A stretch of 64,000 bases of DNA from the IMG/VR virus record IMGVR_UViG_2974597873_000001, positions 32,001-96,000 of that record. One strand, given 5' to 3'. Source of the DNA: a virus (lineage: Duplodnaviria > Caudoviricetes). The notes beneath the pieces are model-generated. The model did no database searches, was not told the DNA's origin, and was given only the letters and a program-made list of their open reading frames with translations. Of the stretch, positions 47,579 through 56,526 are shown one piece after another. The translations under genes were made by a program, and so were the position numbers. Every line of letters starts with the position of its first letter. Within the stretch, counting starts at the first letter, position 1.

Positions 47579-48199
47579 TTATTCAGGCTCAGGCCCATTA
47601 AGGCGCGGAATTACCTGACTCAATTGCTTATTGCGTGCTTGCAAATTCACCTTAGACGGCTTGTAGTCCAGCGGATAAGCACTAGGGACATTGCCGTATT
47701 CAGCAAACTGTACGTCGTTAACCATGTCCTCGGGCTTTAGCTGTACACCATCAAAGGTGACGATGATGTCACGGCGCTGGATCTGCCCAAGAATCTGGGC
47801 GTTATACACACGGAAAACCTTGTTGTCGTAAACAATACGATCCTTCAAGTATCCCTGAGTATTCAAATCCAACGCCGTGAGTCCAGTTCTTTTCAATTGG
47901 TCGAAAGAAGCTGTCACGTGGATTCTGTCGTGGTAAGTGAAACCTTCAGGGGCTTCCTCCACAGCACCTTCTGTGTGAAGCACGTGAAGAGCTGGGATAT
48001 TGATGGGTCCGAAGAACACACGGCCATTCGGACCCGTCGCCTCACCATAGACAGGATCTACATTGGACTGGTCATACGCGAAACGATAGTAGTAAGCGTA
48101 GTCTCCGACTTCTCTCTGCCAGCCACGAAGACCTCTGTAAATCTCGTTGGTCTCGTAATCGACATGAAAGCGACCGCCGTTCCAATCCAGTCTTGACAT
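47579..48199 (-). CDS. head closure/neck protein
   Basis: D.VY.E, KDRIVY...VFRV; position after adaptor. Confidence 0.6.
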   Translation of the reverse strand: MSRLDWNGGRFHVDYETNEIYRGLRGWQREVGDYAYYYRFAYDQSNVDPVYGEATGPNGRVFFGPINIPALHVLHTEGAVEEAPEGFTYHDRIHVTASFDQLKRTGLTALDLNTQGYLKDRIVYDNKVFRVYNAQILGQIQRRDIIVTFDGVQLKPEDMVNDVQFAEYGNVPSAYPLDYKPSKVNLQARNKQLSQVIPRLNGPEPE

Positions 48200-49024
48200 T
48201 TACAACCCCCAAGTTCCGCCGTAGACCGGAGAAGCAACGCCACTCTTGTCCTCGTTGTGTACATCCACCGGAGTAATCTCGCGGCGAGGTAGATCGTAAT
48301 CGTCGTATTCGCGGGAAACGAATACAGGAACCAGACGGTTGGTTGTGCGAGAAACGCGACGAAGCTTTCCAACCTCAAGACGGTTAAGTCCTACGTTCAT
48401 CTGAGCACATAGATCGTTATATCTGTCAGTCAATCCGTCGATCTGCTGACGGAGCTGACGGTATCGCTGGGAGCGGGGAACAGTGGTGCCGTCCGCTGTG
48501 GAGATATCAATGTCGGTAGCGGCATCCGTAGCCAGAGCCCACAGCGCCTCAATGGACGCTCTCATGGCCACCAGGCTGCCTTCTACGGCTGGAAGGTTGT
48601 CCAGTGTTACAGGAGTCTCCAAGTAACGGATAAAGCCTTCTGTGGAACGATAACGCTCTACAGTCTCGCGGCCTTTCGTGTGCTGAAGAACTGAATCATT
48701 GATAAACATTTCAAGTTCTTCATCAGAAAAAAGACCTCCGGCCTTTCCGGATACGACAAGCGTGTCTCCTTGAGGCAGAGGTCCAACAGGAGCGAGAAGA
48801 AAGATTCTTCCCTCCTGAGCGTCTAGGCTGTAGTCCGTCTCAGCCACGAGAGGAACAGGAACCAAATCCTTTACCCATGTGGCTGAGACATCCCATACAT
48901 TGATCTCCGTCAAGTCGAACATAGCCACCGTACCGGTCCCGAGAAATGTGTCGGAGAAAGGCGCACCCGTATCACCGAGTTCGATTCTCACTCGCTTAAG
49001 CACATCTGACATTAGTACGGCCAT
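48200..49024 (-). CDS. head-tail adaptor
   Basis: VR.ELGD, FSDEEL..FI, DI...DG..VPRSQRY. Confidence 0.65.
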   Translation of the reverse strand: MAVLMSDVLKRVRIELGDTGAPFSDTFLGTGTVAMFDLTEINVWDVSATWVKDLVPVPLVAETDYSLDAQEGRIFLLAPVGPLPQGDTLVVSGKAGGLFSDEELEMFINDSVLQHTKGRETVERYRSTEGFIRYLETPVTLDNLPAVEGSLVAMRASIEALWALATDAATDIDISTADGTTVPRSQRYRQLRQQIDGLTDRYNDLCAQMNVGLNRLEVGKLRRVSRTTNRLVPVFVSREYDDYDLPRREITPVDVHNEDKSGVASPVYGGTWGL

Positions 49025-49033
49025 GATTACCTC

Positions 49034-49513
49034 TTACTGGAGTGTCATAGTCAGAGCACCGGATGGGACAATGATGGACTCGTTCTGTCCTGCGGCTACA
49101 GGGTTATCCCATTGCCACGTCATAAGAACTTGTCCAACAGTTCCGGAGCTGACATCTACAAGCGCACCATGGGTGGTAGCAGATCCCATACCTGAACTGT
49201 CCGTAAATGGTCCAAAGGTAATCTGAATGTTGTTCTGAATTTGTGACGGACTGTTTACCGCAGTAGAAGGGGCTCCCCAGAATACCTCTTGACGGGTATA
49301 ACCAGTAGCAGCAACCTCAGCCAGATCAGCTAGTTGCGGGTCATTGGTAAATCCAGGTGTATCCCCACCAGGCGGAATAGGCAACTGACGTGGGTCAGCC
49401 GTAAGCAATGCCAGATAGACATTAGTAGGTGCAGTCCATCCGGGTGGAGCAGTGCTTCCAGTGAGCCAACTTAGGACGGCTCTGTCTGCTGTATCGGTAA
49501 AAGTTCCAGACAT
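49034..49513 (-). CDS. virion structural protein
   Basis: YLALLT.DP, E....GY.RQ, N...ITF, TH..L.D...G. Confidence 0.7.
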   Translation of the reverse strand: MSGTFTDTADRAVLSWLTGSTAPPGWTAPTNVYLALLTADPRQLPIPPGGDTPGFTNDPQLADLAEVAATGYTRQEVFWGAPSTAVNSPSQIQNNIQITFGPFTDSSGMGSATTHGALVDVSSGTVGQVLMTWQWDNPVAAGQNESIIVPSGALTMTLQ

Positions 49514-49527
49514 GCTGGTCCCTCCTA

Positions 49528-49974
49528 TTAGTTTCGTTGAAGTGTTGGCTTGATTGCTAGAACGCTACTGGCGCTGACAGAAGCGGAGAGAACGCGTAGA
49601 CCAAGAATCTGGTTATTATAACCGCCTCCGGTGTACATGTGCCCTTCTCCGCGTACTGCTCTCAAAAGGTTTCTGGGACTTCCTTCTCCGCCACTTCCCC
49701 ATCCTTGCTTAGTGACCAGAAGTTTCTGATCCCCGAAGAATGAGTAGAACTGGGAAACAGGAATAGTACATCCCACATATCCGAAATAAGGATTCCAGTG
49801 GGTGTTGAATCGTACTTTCCAAACGTTGGATGAGTAAACGACGTCAGTAACATCAATGGGGTTACCCCAACGTGCTTGGGGCTTCCATGGTCCCGGCCAT
49901 CCCCCAGGTGCTTGACAGTACCAAACAGATCCGATGGCAGGTGAATTAGCGGGCTTAGGGGGAATAGGAGGCAC
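49528..49974 (-). CDS. hypothetical protein
   Basis: AAGGAG RBS; Pro/Trp/Gly-rich. Confidence 0.6.
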   Translation of the reverse strand: MPPIPPKPANSPAIGSVWYCQAPGGWPGPWKPQARWGNPIDVTDVVYSSNVWKVRFNTHWNPYFGYVGCTIPVSQFYSFFGDQKLLVTKQGWGSGGEGSPRNLLRAVRGEGHMYTGGGYNNQILGLRVLSASVSASSVLAIKPTLQRN

Positions 49975-49984
49975 GGATTACTCC

Positions 49985-50359
49985 TTAACGATAACTACCT
50001 TCCCAGAGAAGACCCTTCTCGCGGAGGTGATCAGCCAACTCAGAAGGCACTGTGTACTTGCGGCCTTCCTCAAAGGTGTAGTGATTTCCTGCGCCAAAGG
50101 TCATGGACTCTAGCGTGGTATTGACAGTAATGGTACGGGTGGGCTCACGAAGCTCTACTTCCTCAGCCACCTCAAGACCAACGTTCTTAGGGGATGGACC
50201 ATTGGTGTAGTCGACGGGAGTTGCATTCTCCTCCGCCTCTACATCAGCCATAAGAGCAATCTCCTTAGCGCGCTCCTTCAATTCAGCAGCGTGCTCCTTC
50301 TGAAGCTTCTCGGTTGTGCGTCCGGTAAGGTCACCAGCGCGGGTACGTGCAGTTGCCAT
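49985..50359 (-). CDS. hypothetical virion-associated protein
   Basis: AGGAG RBS; directly after capsid gene. Confidence 0.7.
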   Translation of the reverse strand: MATARTRAGDLTGRTTEKLQKEHAAELKERAKEIALMADVEAEENATPVDYTNGPSPKNVGLEVAEEVELREPTRTITVNTTLESMTFGAGNHYTFEEGRKYTVPSELADHLREKGLLWEGSYR

Positions 50360-50392
50360 TAGGTTCTCCTGGTTAGTGTCTCATTGGTGTGT

Positions 50393-50436
50393 AAACAAAG
50401 GGCCCTCCCCAGTGAGGGGAATCCACTAGGGAGGGC
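50393..50436 (-). terminator. intrinsic terminator after major capsid gene
   Basis: GCCCTCCCTAGTG/CACTGGGGAGGGC stem then CCTTTGTTT. Confidence 0.75.
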
Positions 50437-50455
50437 AGCGTCCAAAACGGACAAA

Positions 50456-51478
50456 TTAGTTGGTAGCAGCCGTTACTACAGAAATGTCAGTAATCAGGCC
50501 AAGTCCCCAAATAGCATACCATGCCAGGGCGTGCTCTCTTCCGAAGTCGAGAATACCACCATCACGCAATTCAACCGGAAGGGAAATAGCGTGACCGAAT
50601 GCATTGTCACCGATAAAGATTGCGTCGTAACGATCCGCAGATCCGTTACCGACTCCATTGGTGTCTCCGGTGTAACCGGCACCTGCACCATTAGGTGTAC
50701 GCTTTACCTGAGTTGTCTCGATAAACACTACATCGTTCAAACGTCCGATTTCTCCCATCATGAAGTTACCGGGAGCGGCGTACTTAGTCATCTCGATGAA
50801 CTGAGGGTCATTGCGTAGCCAACGGCTTTGGTGAGGGTGTACAAAACAGACATATGTCTCACCAAGACGCGGCACGTTCTTGGTTGCAAGAGTCTCTACC
50901 GCGTCGTAAACGGTCTGGGAGGTCAGGTAGAAGTCACCTGTCAGAGACGCACGAGAAGTACCCGCAGTACCAGGGTTGTAGTAAACCTGGTTGTTCAGGG
51001 TGCCAGTGTCCTTCTGGTATCCGTAGATCTGGCTGGAAGCCTGAAGAAGGGTGTCACGAGCGGACACGTCCAGGTAGGTAGCCATGTTACGTCCCAGAAG
51101 ACGGGAAGCGGATGCCATTACATCATCGAAGGAGGCGTTCAAAAGAAGCTCAGATACAGCAACAGCGTATCCCTGCTCAGCTACGGTGATGCTGAACTGA
51201 GAAGCGGTCAGAGGGTTCGTCTGGAGACGGATACCCTCAACAAGCTGAGTAGCCTGTCCCAGGTTGTTGTATCTCATGAAGTTAATGGTCAAACCGGGCG
51301 TAACGCCCAACTCTGTCTTTTTTACGGCAAATTGCTCGAAGCGAAGGATCGGCATTGCCTGGAAAAGGATCTCTTTGCTCCACAATGTCTGAATTGCCGG
51401 AGATAGGGCAGTACTTCCACCTGCGTAGGCAGTAGGCGTACCGGAGATATTCGGTGTGCCCGTAATTGCTGAGGCCAT
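50456..51478 (-). CDS. major capsid protein (N4-gp56 type HK97 fold)
   Basis: G.TINF.RY, L.EG, E.G.AV..SE, HP.Q...L..D, GEIG....V.FIET. Confidence 0.9.
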   Translation of the reverse strand: MASAITGTPNISGTPTAYAGGSTALSPAIQTLWSKEILFQAMPILRFEQFAVKKTELGVTPGLTINFMRYNNLGQATQLVEGIRLQTNPLTASQFSITVAEQGYAVAVSELLLNASFDDVMASASRLLGRNMATYLDVSARDTLLQASSQIYGYQKDTGTLNNQVYYNPGTAGTSRASLTGDFYLTSQTVYDAVETLATKNVPRLGETYVCFVHPHQSRWLRNDPQFIEMTKYAAPGNFMMGEIGRLNDVVFIETTQVKRTPNGAGAGYTGDTNGVGNGSADRYDAIFIGDNAFGHAISLPVELRDGGILDFGREHALAWYAIWGLGLITDISVVTAATN

Positions 51479-51515
51479 AGTTATTCCTTATTGTCTATGT
51501 GAACTGGGCTCGGGC

Positions 51516-52325
51516 TTAACCAAATAGCCCACGGTTAGTACGGGCTTCGGCAGAACCAATGCCCGTCTTCTGACGTAGCTTTGCGAATTCCGTCATAGAC
51601 ATGTTCGCAATATCCACATCGGATAGTGTCTGAGTCCCCGGATTCATATCCATAGGACCCGTAGTGGCGTAGCCAGTAGGAGACACACCACGCATCTGAG
51701 ATAGCTGAGCCTGCTGTGCAGCCTGGAATTGCTGAGCAATAGACTCTGTGGCAGCCTTAGCACGGGCAATACCCGCGTCGATCTGCTCCTTGTTCTCACC
51801 CGAAATGAAGTCGTAGAACTGAGGGGCGATGTCATCCTTAGCCGCATCAATAGCTGCATTACGGTAGGCGACAAGTTCGTTGTACTCGCGCTCCTTGGCA
51901 AGTAGAGCCTTCTCAGTGTCACGCTCCTGCTGAAGCTGATTGAATCGAGCTTCCCAGGTGTCATTGTTCGCGCGCAGCTTCTCTTCCAAAAGATCCTTGG
52001 CGGACATCTCAGCCTCACGGGCTGCCTGTGCCTCAGCATCCTTGGTAGCTTGAGCCTGCTGAGCTGCGGCCAACTCTGCATCCTTGGCTGCCTGAATGGC
52101 TGCTAGGGCGTCGTTGGCCTTCTTCTGCTCCGCCTGTAGGCTCTGAATCTGCGCGTACAGCTTGTTCTTCTCTTCCTTACGAACAGCCTCTAGTTGTTCG
52201 GCCGTGAACATAGCGGCTGATTGTGCTGGAGGGGTGGCCGGTCCGTTATTGTTCTGGTCCCCAATTGCCGGATCAGACGGCGGACCGTTAGGGGTAGGAT
52301 TCTGACTTGGTACTGGTGTTGACAT
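51516..52325 (-). CDS. capsid scaffolding protein
   Basis: Coiled-coil Ala/Glu/Gln-rich, C-terminal I.NMSM.EF...R; between portal and capsid. Confidence 0.8.
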   Translation of the reverse strand: MSTPVPSQNPTPNGPPSDPAIGDQNNNGPATPPAQSAAMFTAEQLEAVRKEEKNKLYAQIQSLQAEQKKANDALAAIQAAKDAELAAAQQAQATKDAEAQAAREAEMSAKDLLEEKLRANNDTWEARFNQLQQERDTEKALLAKEREYNELVAYRNAAIDAAKDDIAPQFYDFISGENKEQIDAGIARAKAATESIAQQFQAAQQAQLSQMRGVSPTGYATTGPMDMNPGTQTLSDVDIANMSMTEFAKLRQKTGIGSAEARTNRGLFG

Positions 52326-52396
52326 TCTCTTGTCTCCTTGGGTTTAGCGCTTGGTTTTCCGAATTAATATCCCAGATAAGCAATCTGATATGCGTA

Positions 52397-54118
52397 CTAA
52401 TTGTCGTCATCGGTAGGAATCTGACGGGTGCCTAGCTTGGTTCCATAAGCTTGAGCCACAATGTCCTGCATTGCTTGCTGAGCACCGATACCGTCTAGCT
52501 GTCTAACATCCCCAGTAAGGGAAACAGAGTTAGGTCCACCAGAGGTAGGTAGAGGGTTTCCTTCCGCATCAGTTCCTGGCGGTGGTGGGGGCACCATAGT
52601 TCCGTCAGGCTGAGGCAACAGTCCAGTCAATTCCTGGATAGCTGAATCAATTTGAGCCTGGATCATACGTAGAGCACCGTCGCGCTTTGCGTCTTCAGTA
52701 AGCTCATCGAAAATCTCACGAAGCTTCTCGTCAGGGAATTGTTCTCCCAGATCCTTCAAAGCTCCACGACGACTTTCCAGATTCATAGCCATCATGGCCT
52801 GGATCTCATTGAGCTTGATCAGCTTGTCCACAGGAAGTGGAGAAGGCCAATCAATATCAGTGACATAGGCCAGTGGGTCTGAGGGATTAACGAAGTCGAC
52901 TTGACCTTGCATTTGAATACCCTCTGTAAGAGGATTATACAGGGTTGTTGCTGGCTCAAAGATGAACAAAGTTCTTAGAGCCAATTCGTTAATCTTCTTC
53001 AGTCCCTTACCATATTGTAGCTGCTTCAATTCAAACTTTTGCATTAGCGGCTGGAATTGAATGCTTAGCGCTACTCCCGATGTATTCGAGATAGGTTGCG
53101 ACTGTCCCAGAGCGGACTCAGGAACACCTGTCATTTCGTGCATTGCTGTCTTCATCATGTTCAGTACCTCAATGGAGTACTGAAGATCCACGTTGCTCTC
53201 AAGGTTCTCCACCTTGACTTCCTTGTTGCCGATGGACCAGACGCGGTTAGTACCCTTCTCTAGCTGAGAAGGCTTCGCTCCGATGACAACGGTGATAGGT
53301 GCGGCGTGGTAATTGACAATGTCCACAATATCTGTCGCAGTTTCATTGTACTGCCTATTCAACGAAATAATGTCCTGCACATCACTTAGTCCCCAAGGGG
53401 AACCAGAAGCTGGTGCATTAGGAATGTGGACGATAGGGATCTCACCGAGAACGTTCGGGCGCTCGTCAATCAATTCATCATTGACGTACTCACGGATAAT
53501 GTCAGAACGGATTAGCTCGGTGTAGGTATAAACACTACGAGTTCCTTCAGTGTTGGTTCCCCAAAAACGGTACTTAAGTTTGAACTCAAGCAAGCGGTCA
53601 CGATCGTGAGGATGCCACGTAGGAAAACAGAATGCCGAATTGAGGGGAAGGATACGAACTCTTCCCTCATGTACTGTCCCAGCGTCATCCGTCCAGGTAG
53701 GCTCATAAGCCACCTTGATAAATGCGTCGCCGGAAATTCCTCCTTGCTGACCCATCTCCCACAGAACAGTCTTCATGTTGTTGTCGTTCTGCCAGATACG
53801 CTTTAGAAGCGCTGGAGTGATGTGCTCGTATTCACGGGCCACATTGAAGGAGATACCTCTTGAGAAACAGAAGTTGTTGATGTAGTCACTGAATGCACGA
53901 ATGTAATTGAAGGTAAGTTGAACATCACCGAACTCCTTACGGACGCCCCAGTGATGTCCAAGATACCAAGCCCAATACTCGGCATAGCGATTGAGTCTTG
54001 GACCGTGCATTTCGAATTCTTCGTCAGACAACTCAACTAGACCTAGCGGGCTGATTGCAATCGCTAGGTCTGAAGAAGAAGCTCTCATCGAAGGAGAGTA
54101 GAAGTTAATTGCTGACAC
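52397..54118 (-). CDS. portal protein (SPP1 gp6-like)
   Basis: GDAF.K, N.LG.IP.VH.PN, G.SD...I....YN, SG.AL. Confidence 0.88.
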   Translation of the reverse strand: MSAINFYSPSMRASSSDLAIAISPLGLVELSDEEFEMHGPRLNRYAEYWAWYLGHHWGVRKEFGDVQLTFNYIRAFSDYINNFCFSRGISFNVAREYEHITPALLKRIWQNDNNMKTVLWEMGQQGGISGDAFIKVAYEPTWTDDAGTVHEGRVRILPLNSAFCFPTWHPHDRDRLLEFKLKYRFWGTNTEGTRSVYTYTELIRSDIIREYVNDELIDERPNVLGEIPIVHIPNAPASGSPWGLSDVQDIISLNRQYNETATDIVDIVNYHAAPITVVIGAKPSQLEKGTNRVWSIGNKEVKVENLESNVDLQYSIEVLNMMKTAMHEMTGVPESALGQSQPISNTSGVALSIQFQPLMQKFELKQLQYGKGLKKINELALRTLFIFEPATTLYNPLTEGIQMQGQVDFVNPSDPLAYVTDIDWPSPLPVDKLIKLNEIQAMMAMNLESRRGALKDLGEQFPDEKLREIFDELTEDAKRDGALRMIQAQIDSAIQELTGLLPQPDGTMVPPPPPGTDAEGNPLPTSGGPNSVSLTGDVRQLDGIGAQQAMQDIVAQAYGTKLGTRQIPTDDDN

Positions 54119-54147
54119 GAATTCCCCTAATTAGTTGTACGAAAATA

Positions 54148-54720
54148 TTAGAATTCTGACCATGCGATGGACAGATTCCATAGAGTGTTGGCACTACCAC
54201 TTTCAGTTCGAATAACTGTGCTCTCTCCTGGAAGGAGTGTAAGAGTACCCGCCGCTACAGTGGCCGGTACCTGATGAATGAATCCGAAAGTAGACGCACC
54301 GGTAGCTTGCAACGTAGGAGAGTTAAACCATGCGGCGCCTAGTGTAGCCGTCATTCCCTCCGTACGAATTTGTCCTGCTGGATTTGGCATTGTGGATCTA
54401 ATCTTACCGATAGTATTTGTAGGTTGTAGAGTTCCGCCTGCAACATTTGTGGCCAACCATCCACGCAAGGCGTCCGTAACGGAGACGGCGCCGATAGTCA
54501 CCTGACTGATAAAGACACCAGCGATAAGGATGGTCTTTCCAGAACCTGTTGGATTAGTCAAGGACAAATGATTATGCGCTGTTACAGATCCCGGATGTTG
54601 TTCCATGCTGTAGACATATCCGCCTGTAAGCATCGGATTGGGAACAGCAAAAGAAGCCGTAGTTGCTTGAGAGTACTGATTAGTACCCAAAGCGTTATAA
54701 ATAGTTCCTCTATTCGGCAT
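54148..54720 (-). CDS. structural hypothetical protein
   Basis: L.NP.GSGK...I....L.PG.S...W.E beta-rich pattern. Confidence 0.65.
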   Translation of the reverse strand: MPNRGTIYNALGTNQYSQATTASFAVPNPMLTGGYVYSMEQHPGSVTAHNHLSLTNPTGSGKTILIAGVFISQVTIGAVSVTDALRGWLATNVAGGTLQPTNTIGKIRSTMPNPAGQIRTEGMTATLGAAWFNSPTLQATGASTFGFIHQVPATVAAGTLTLLPGESTVIRTESGSANTLWNLSIAWSEF

Positions 54721-55019
54721 TAGCTACCTACACTTACGGTGTACTCACATGCTGCTGTAGAAATCATGCGAATATCACAATTAGAAGTAACACCTGCGAT
54801 CACGTCAGGTCTGGGCTTTCCATTGGTCAAATAAATGATCCCTTGTGGTGGCAAGTAATGACACTCGTCCCCCGCAACTGTCGGATTGATTCCGTCAGCC
54901 CTGATCCACAATGTGGTGGAACCTCTATTAACAATCTCAATGGAATTGTACCAGGTTGCGAAGGTTACTTGCTTCACAACACTAGCGGTGGTCACTCCGC
55001 TAGTTACTTTCTGCGCCAT
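54720..55019 (-). CDS. small beta protein, paralog of 55046..55348
   Basis: I..VNR....LW.R.DG..P.VAGD shared motif. Confidence 0.75.
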   Translation of the reverse strand: MAQKVTSGVTTASVVKQVTFATWYNSIEIVNRGSTTLWIRADGINPTVAGDECHYLPPQGIIYLTNGKPRPDVIAGVTSNCDIRMISTAACEYTVSVGS

Positions 55020-55045
55020 AGCTTCTCCCTGCTACTGTCTTTGCG

Positions 55046-55348
55046 CTACGTGGCGTATACGGTGTATTCACATACTCCCGCAGAAATCAATGTTACGAGT
55101 GTGCCCGAAGTCACACGAACAACGGGTTCCTGTGAAAGAACTCCGTTGCCAAAAGTCAGCGATTGCTGAGAGAGGACCGGAAAAGCGTCATCCCCTGCAA
55201 CAGCCGGGTCATAACCGTCAGTACGCGCCCAAAGGACTTCCCCCGTACTACGATTAACTACAGTGATGTTTGCGAAATACTGAGGAAACTTGATAGTGAC
55301 CGCAGTATTGGCGGTGGTGGTGCCGGATTTGGCACGTGAAGCGGCCAT
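55046..55348 (-). CDS. small beta protein, paralog of 54720..55019
   Basis: I.VVNR...LWARTDG.DP.VAGDD. Confidence 0.75.
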   Translation of the reverse strand: MAASRAKSGTTTANTAVTIKFPQYFANITVVNRSTGEVLWARTDGYDPAVAGDDAFPVLSQQSLTFGNGVLSQEPVVRVTSGTLVTLISAGVCEYTVYAT

Positions 55349-55366
55349 AAGACTTCCTTACATAAG

Positions 55367-55403
55367 ACAACGACGGAGAGGAATAGATCCCCTCCGCCGC
55401 TGT
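55367..55403 (-). terminator. intrinsic hairpin terminator
   Basis: ACAGCGGCGGAGGGGA-TCTAT-TCCTCTCCGTCGTTGT with G-U pairs, then CTTAT. Confidence 0.65.
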
Positions 55404-55409
55404 TAGTTG

Positions 55410-55784
55410 TTAGTTAACGATTGTGGCAATACCAGGGTCGTTAACAAGCTGCACGGAGTAGACCAATGCTGCTGCGGAAATCAGCTTTACCTCAGTAGCC
55501 AACTGAGTAGGCTCGGTGATTACCGTGTAAGTGGAGTCAACCTTCTGTAGACCTTGCTTAGGTACAGGGTTCTTGACCACCAAAGTAGTACCGGAGGTTA
55601 CTACGTAAGTGTCATCAGCACCCACAACAGGAGCCACAGCGGCTCCAGTCTTACCTAGGGTCACGTTGGCCACACCAGCTACTGAAGAGCTGATGGAAAT
55701 AGCTACATAAGGAGCCCAGTTGGTCAGAGTCTCAGTGGCTACCGTAGACGCTGTCAGGGTTCCATTACCTGTCTTAACTGCCAT
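55410..55784 (-). CDS. small beta protein, distant paralog (possible head decoration)
   Basis: P.VGADD, V.LISA....YSV shared with the two downstream genes. Confidence 0.7.
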   Translation of the reverse strand: MAVKTGNGTLTASTVATETLTNWAPYVAISISSSVAGVANVTLGKTGAAVAPVVGADDTYVVTSGTTLVVKNPVPKQGLQKVDSTYTVITEPTQLATEVKLISAAALVYSVQLVNDPGIATIVN

Positions 55785-55816
55785 TATTTACTTCCGATTC
55801 AATTGAAGGGATTACT

Positions 55817-56029
55817 CTAAGAGTGTCTTGCGATGGCGGCGTTAGTCTGGAACACCACATCGTCTAGTAGCGCACCGATTGCCAAAGACTTCTCTCTGCT
55901 GTCAGGTGCTACTTCATTAATCCACAGAGCGTATTCCAAAGCGCGCTTACGGTTCTCTTCGTAGAGTTCCGGCTGCCCCGGCTTAACCGGATGGAATGTG
56001 CCTCTGTTCTTAATGTCTTGGATATCCAT
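55817..56029 (-). CDS. Acb2/Tad1-like nucleotide-signal sponge
   Basis: FHP.KPGQ.E.YE..R....E.A..I....PDSREKSLA...L..VVF..NAAIAR. Confidence 0.7.
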   Translation of the reverse strand: MDIQDIKNRGTFHPVKPGQPELYEENRKRALEYALWINEVAPDSREKSLAIGALLDDVVFQTNAAIARHS

Positions 56030-56045
56030 TGCTCCCCTTCAGTGA

Positions 56046-56480
56046 TTAGTCAGTAACGACGGTTGGGTTCTGACGTCTGTGAATGCTACCCAGACCTGGA
56101 CCACGATTCACTTGCTCAAAACGGCGAGCGGAATTCGCGTTGACGTCCACACCCTGAGAGAACTCAGAGATGTGTGTAGGAGCATCCACCCATGCAGCAG
56201 AGCCCACGTGAGCACGCTGACGAAGAGTCTCCTCCGGGTACTTGTGCCATACGTTGGCGTTGTGGTTAGGGCGTCCTGGAGCCGTCTGGTAGCCGCTCAT
56301 AGCACCTGTGACGAAGTCACTAGGCACGTCAGTGTCAGTAGCGATTCCCTCCTCAAAGCGAAGAGGCCCACGGCGAGAAGGGTTGGATGCGCCCTTGTTC
56401 TCGTAGGTAGGCAGGAACTTCTCTGGAACCTGCGGAGCCGGAGCTAGATCTCTGTCCGGACCTGGAGTGTAAAATGCCAT
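56046..56480 (-). CDS. conserved hypothetical protein next to terminase
   Basis: RGPLRFEEG.ATDTDVP, ET...RAHVGSAAW. Confidence 0.7.
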   Translation of the reverse strand: MAFYTPGPDRDLAPAPQVPEKFLPTYENKGASNPSRRGPLRFEEGIATDTDVPSDFVTGAMSGYQTAPGRPNHNANVWHKYPEETLRQRAHVGSAAWVDAPTHISEFSQGVDVNANSARRFEQVNRGPGLGSIHRRQNPTVVTD

Positions 56481-56526
56481 AATGTTTTCCTTTTGATTAG
56501 ACCGGTCTAGGATAATGATATCCGAA

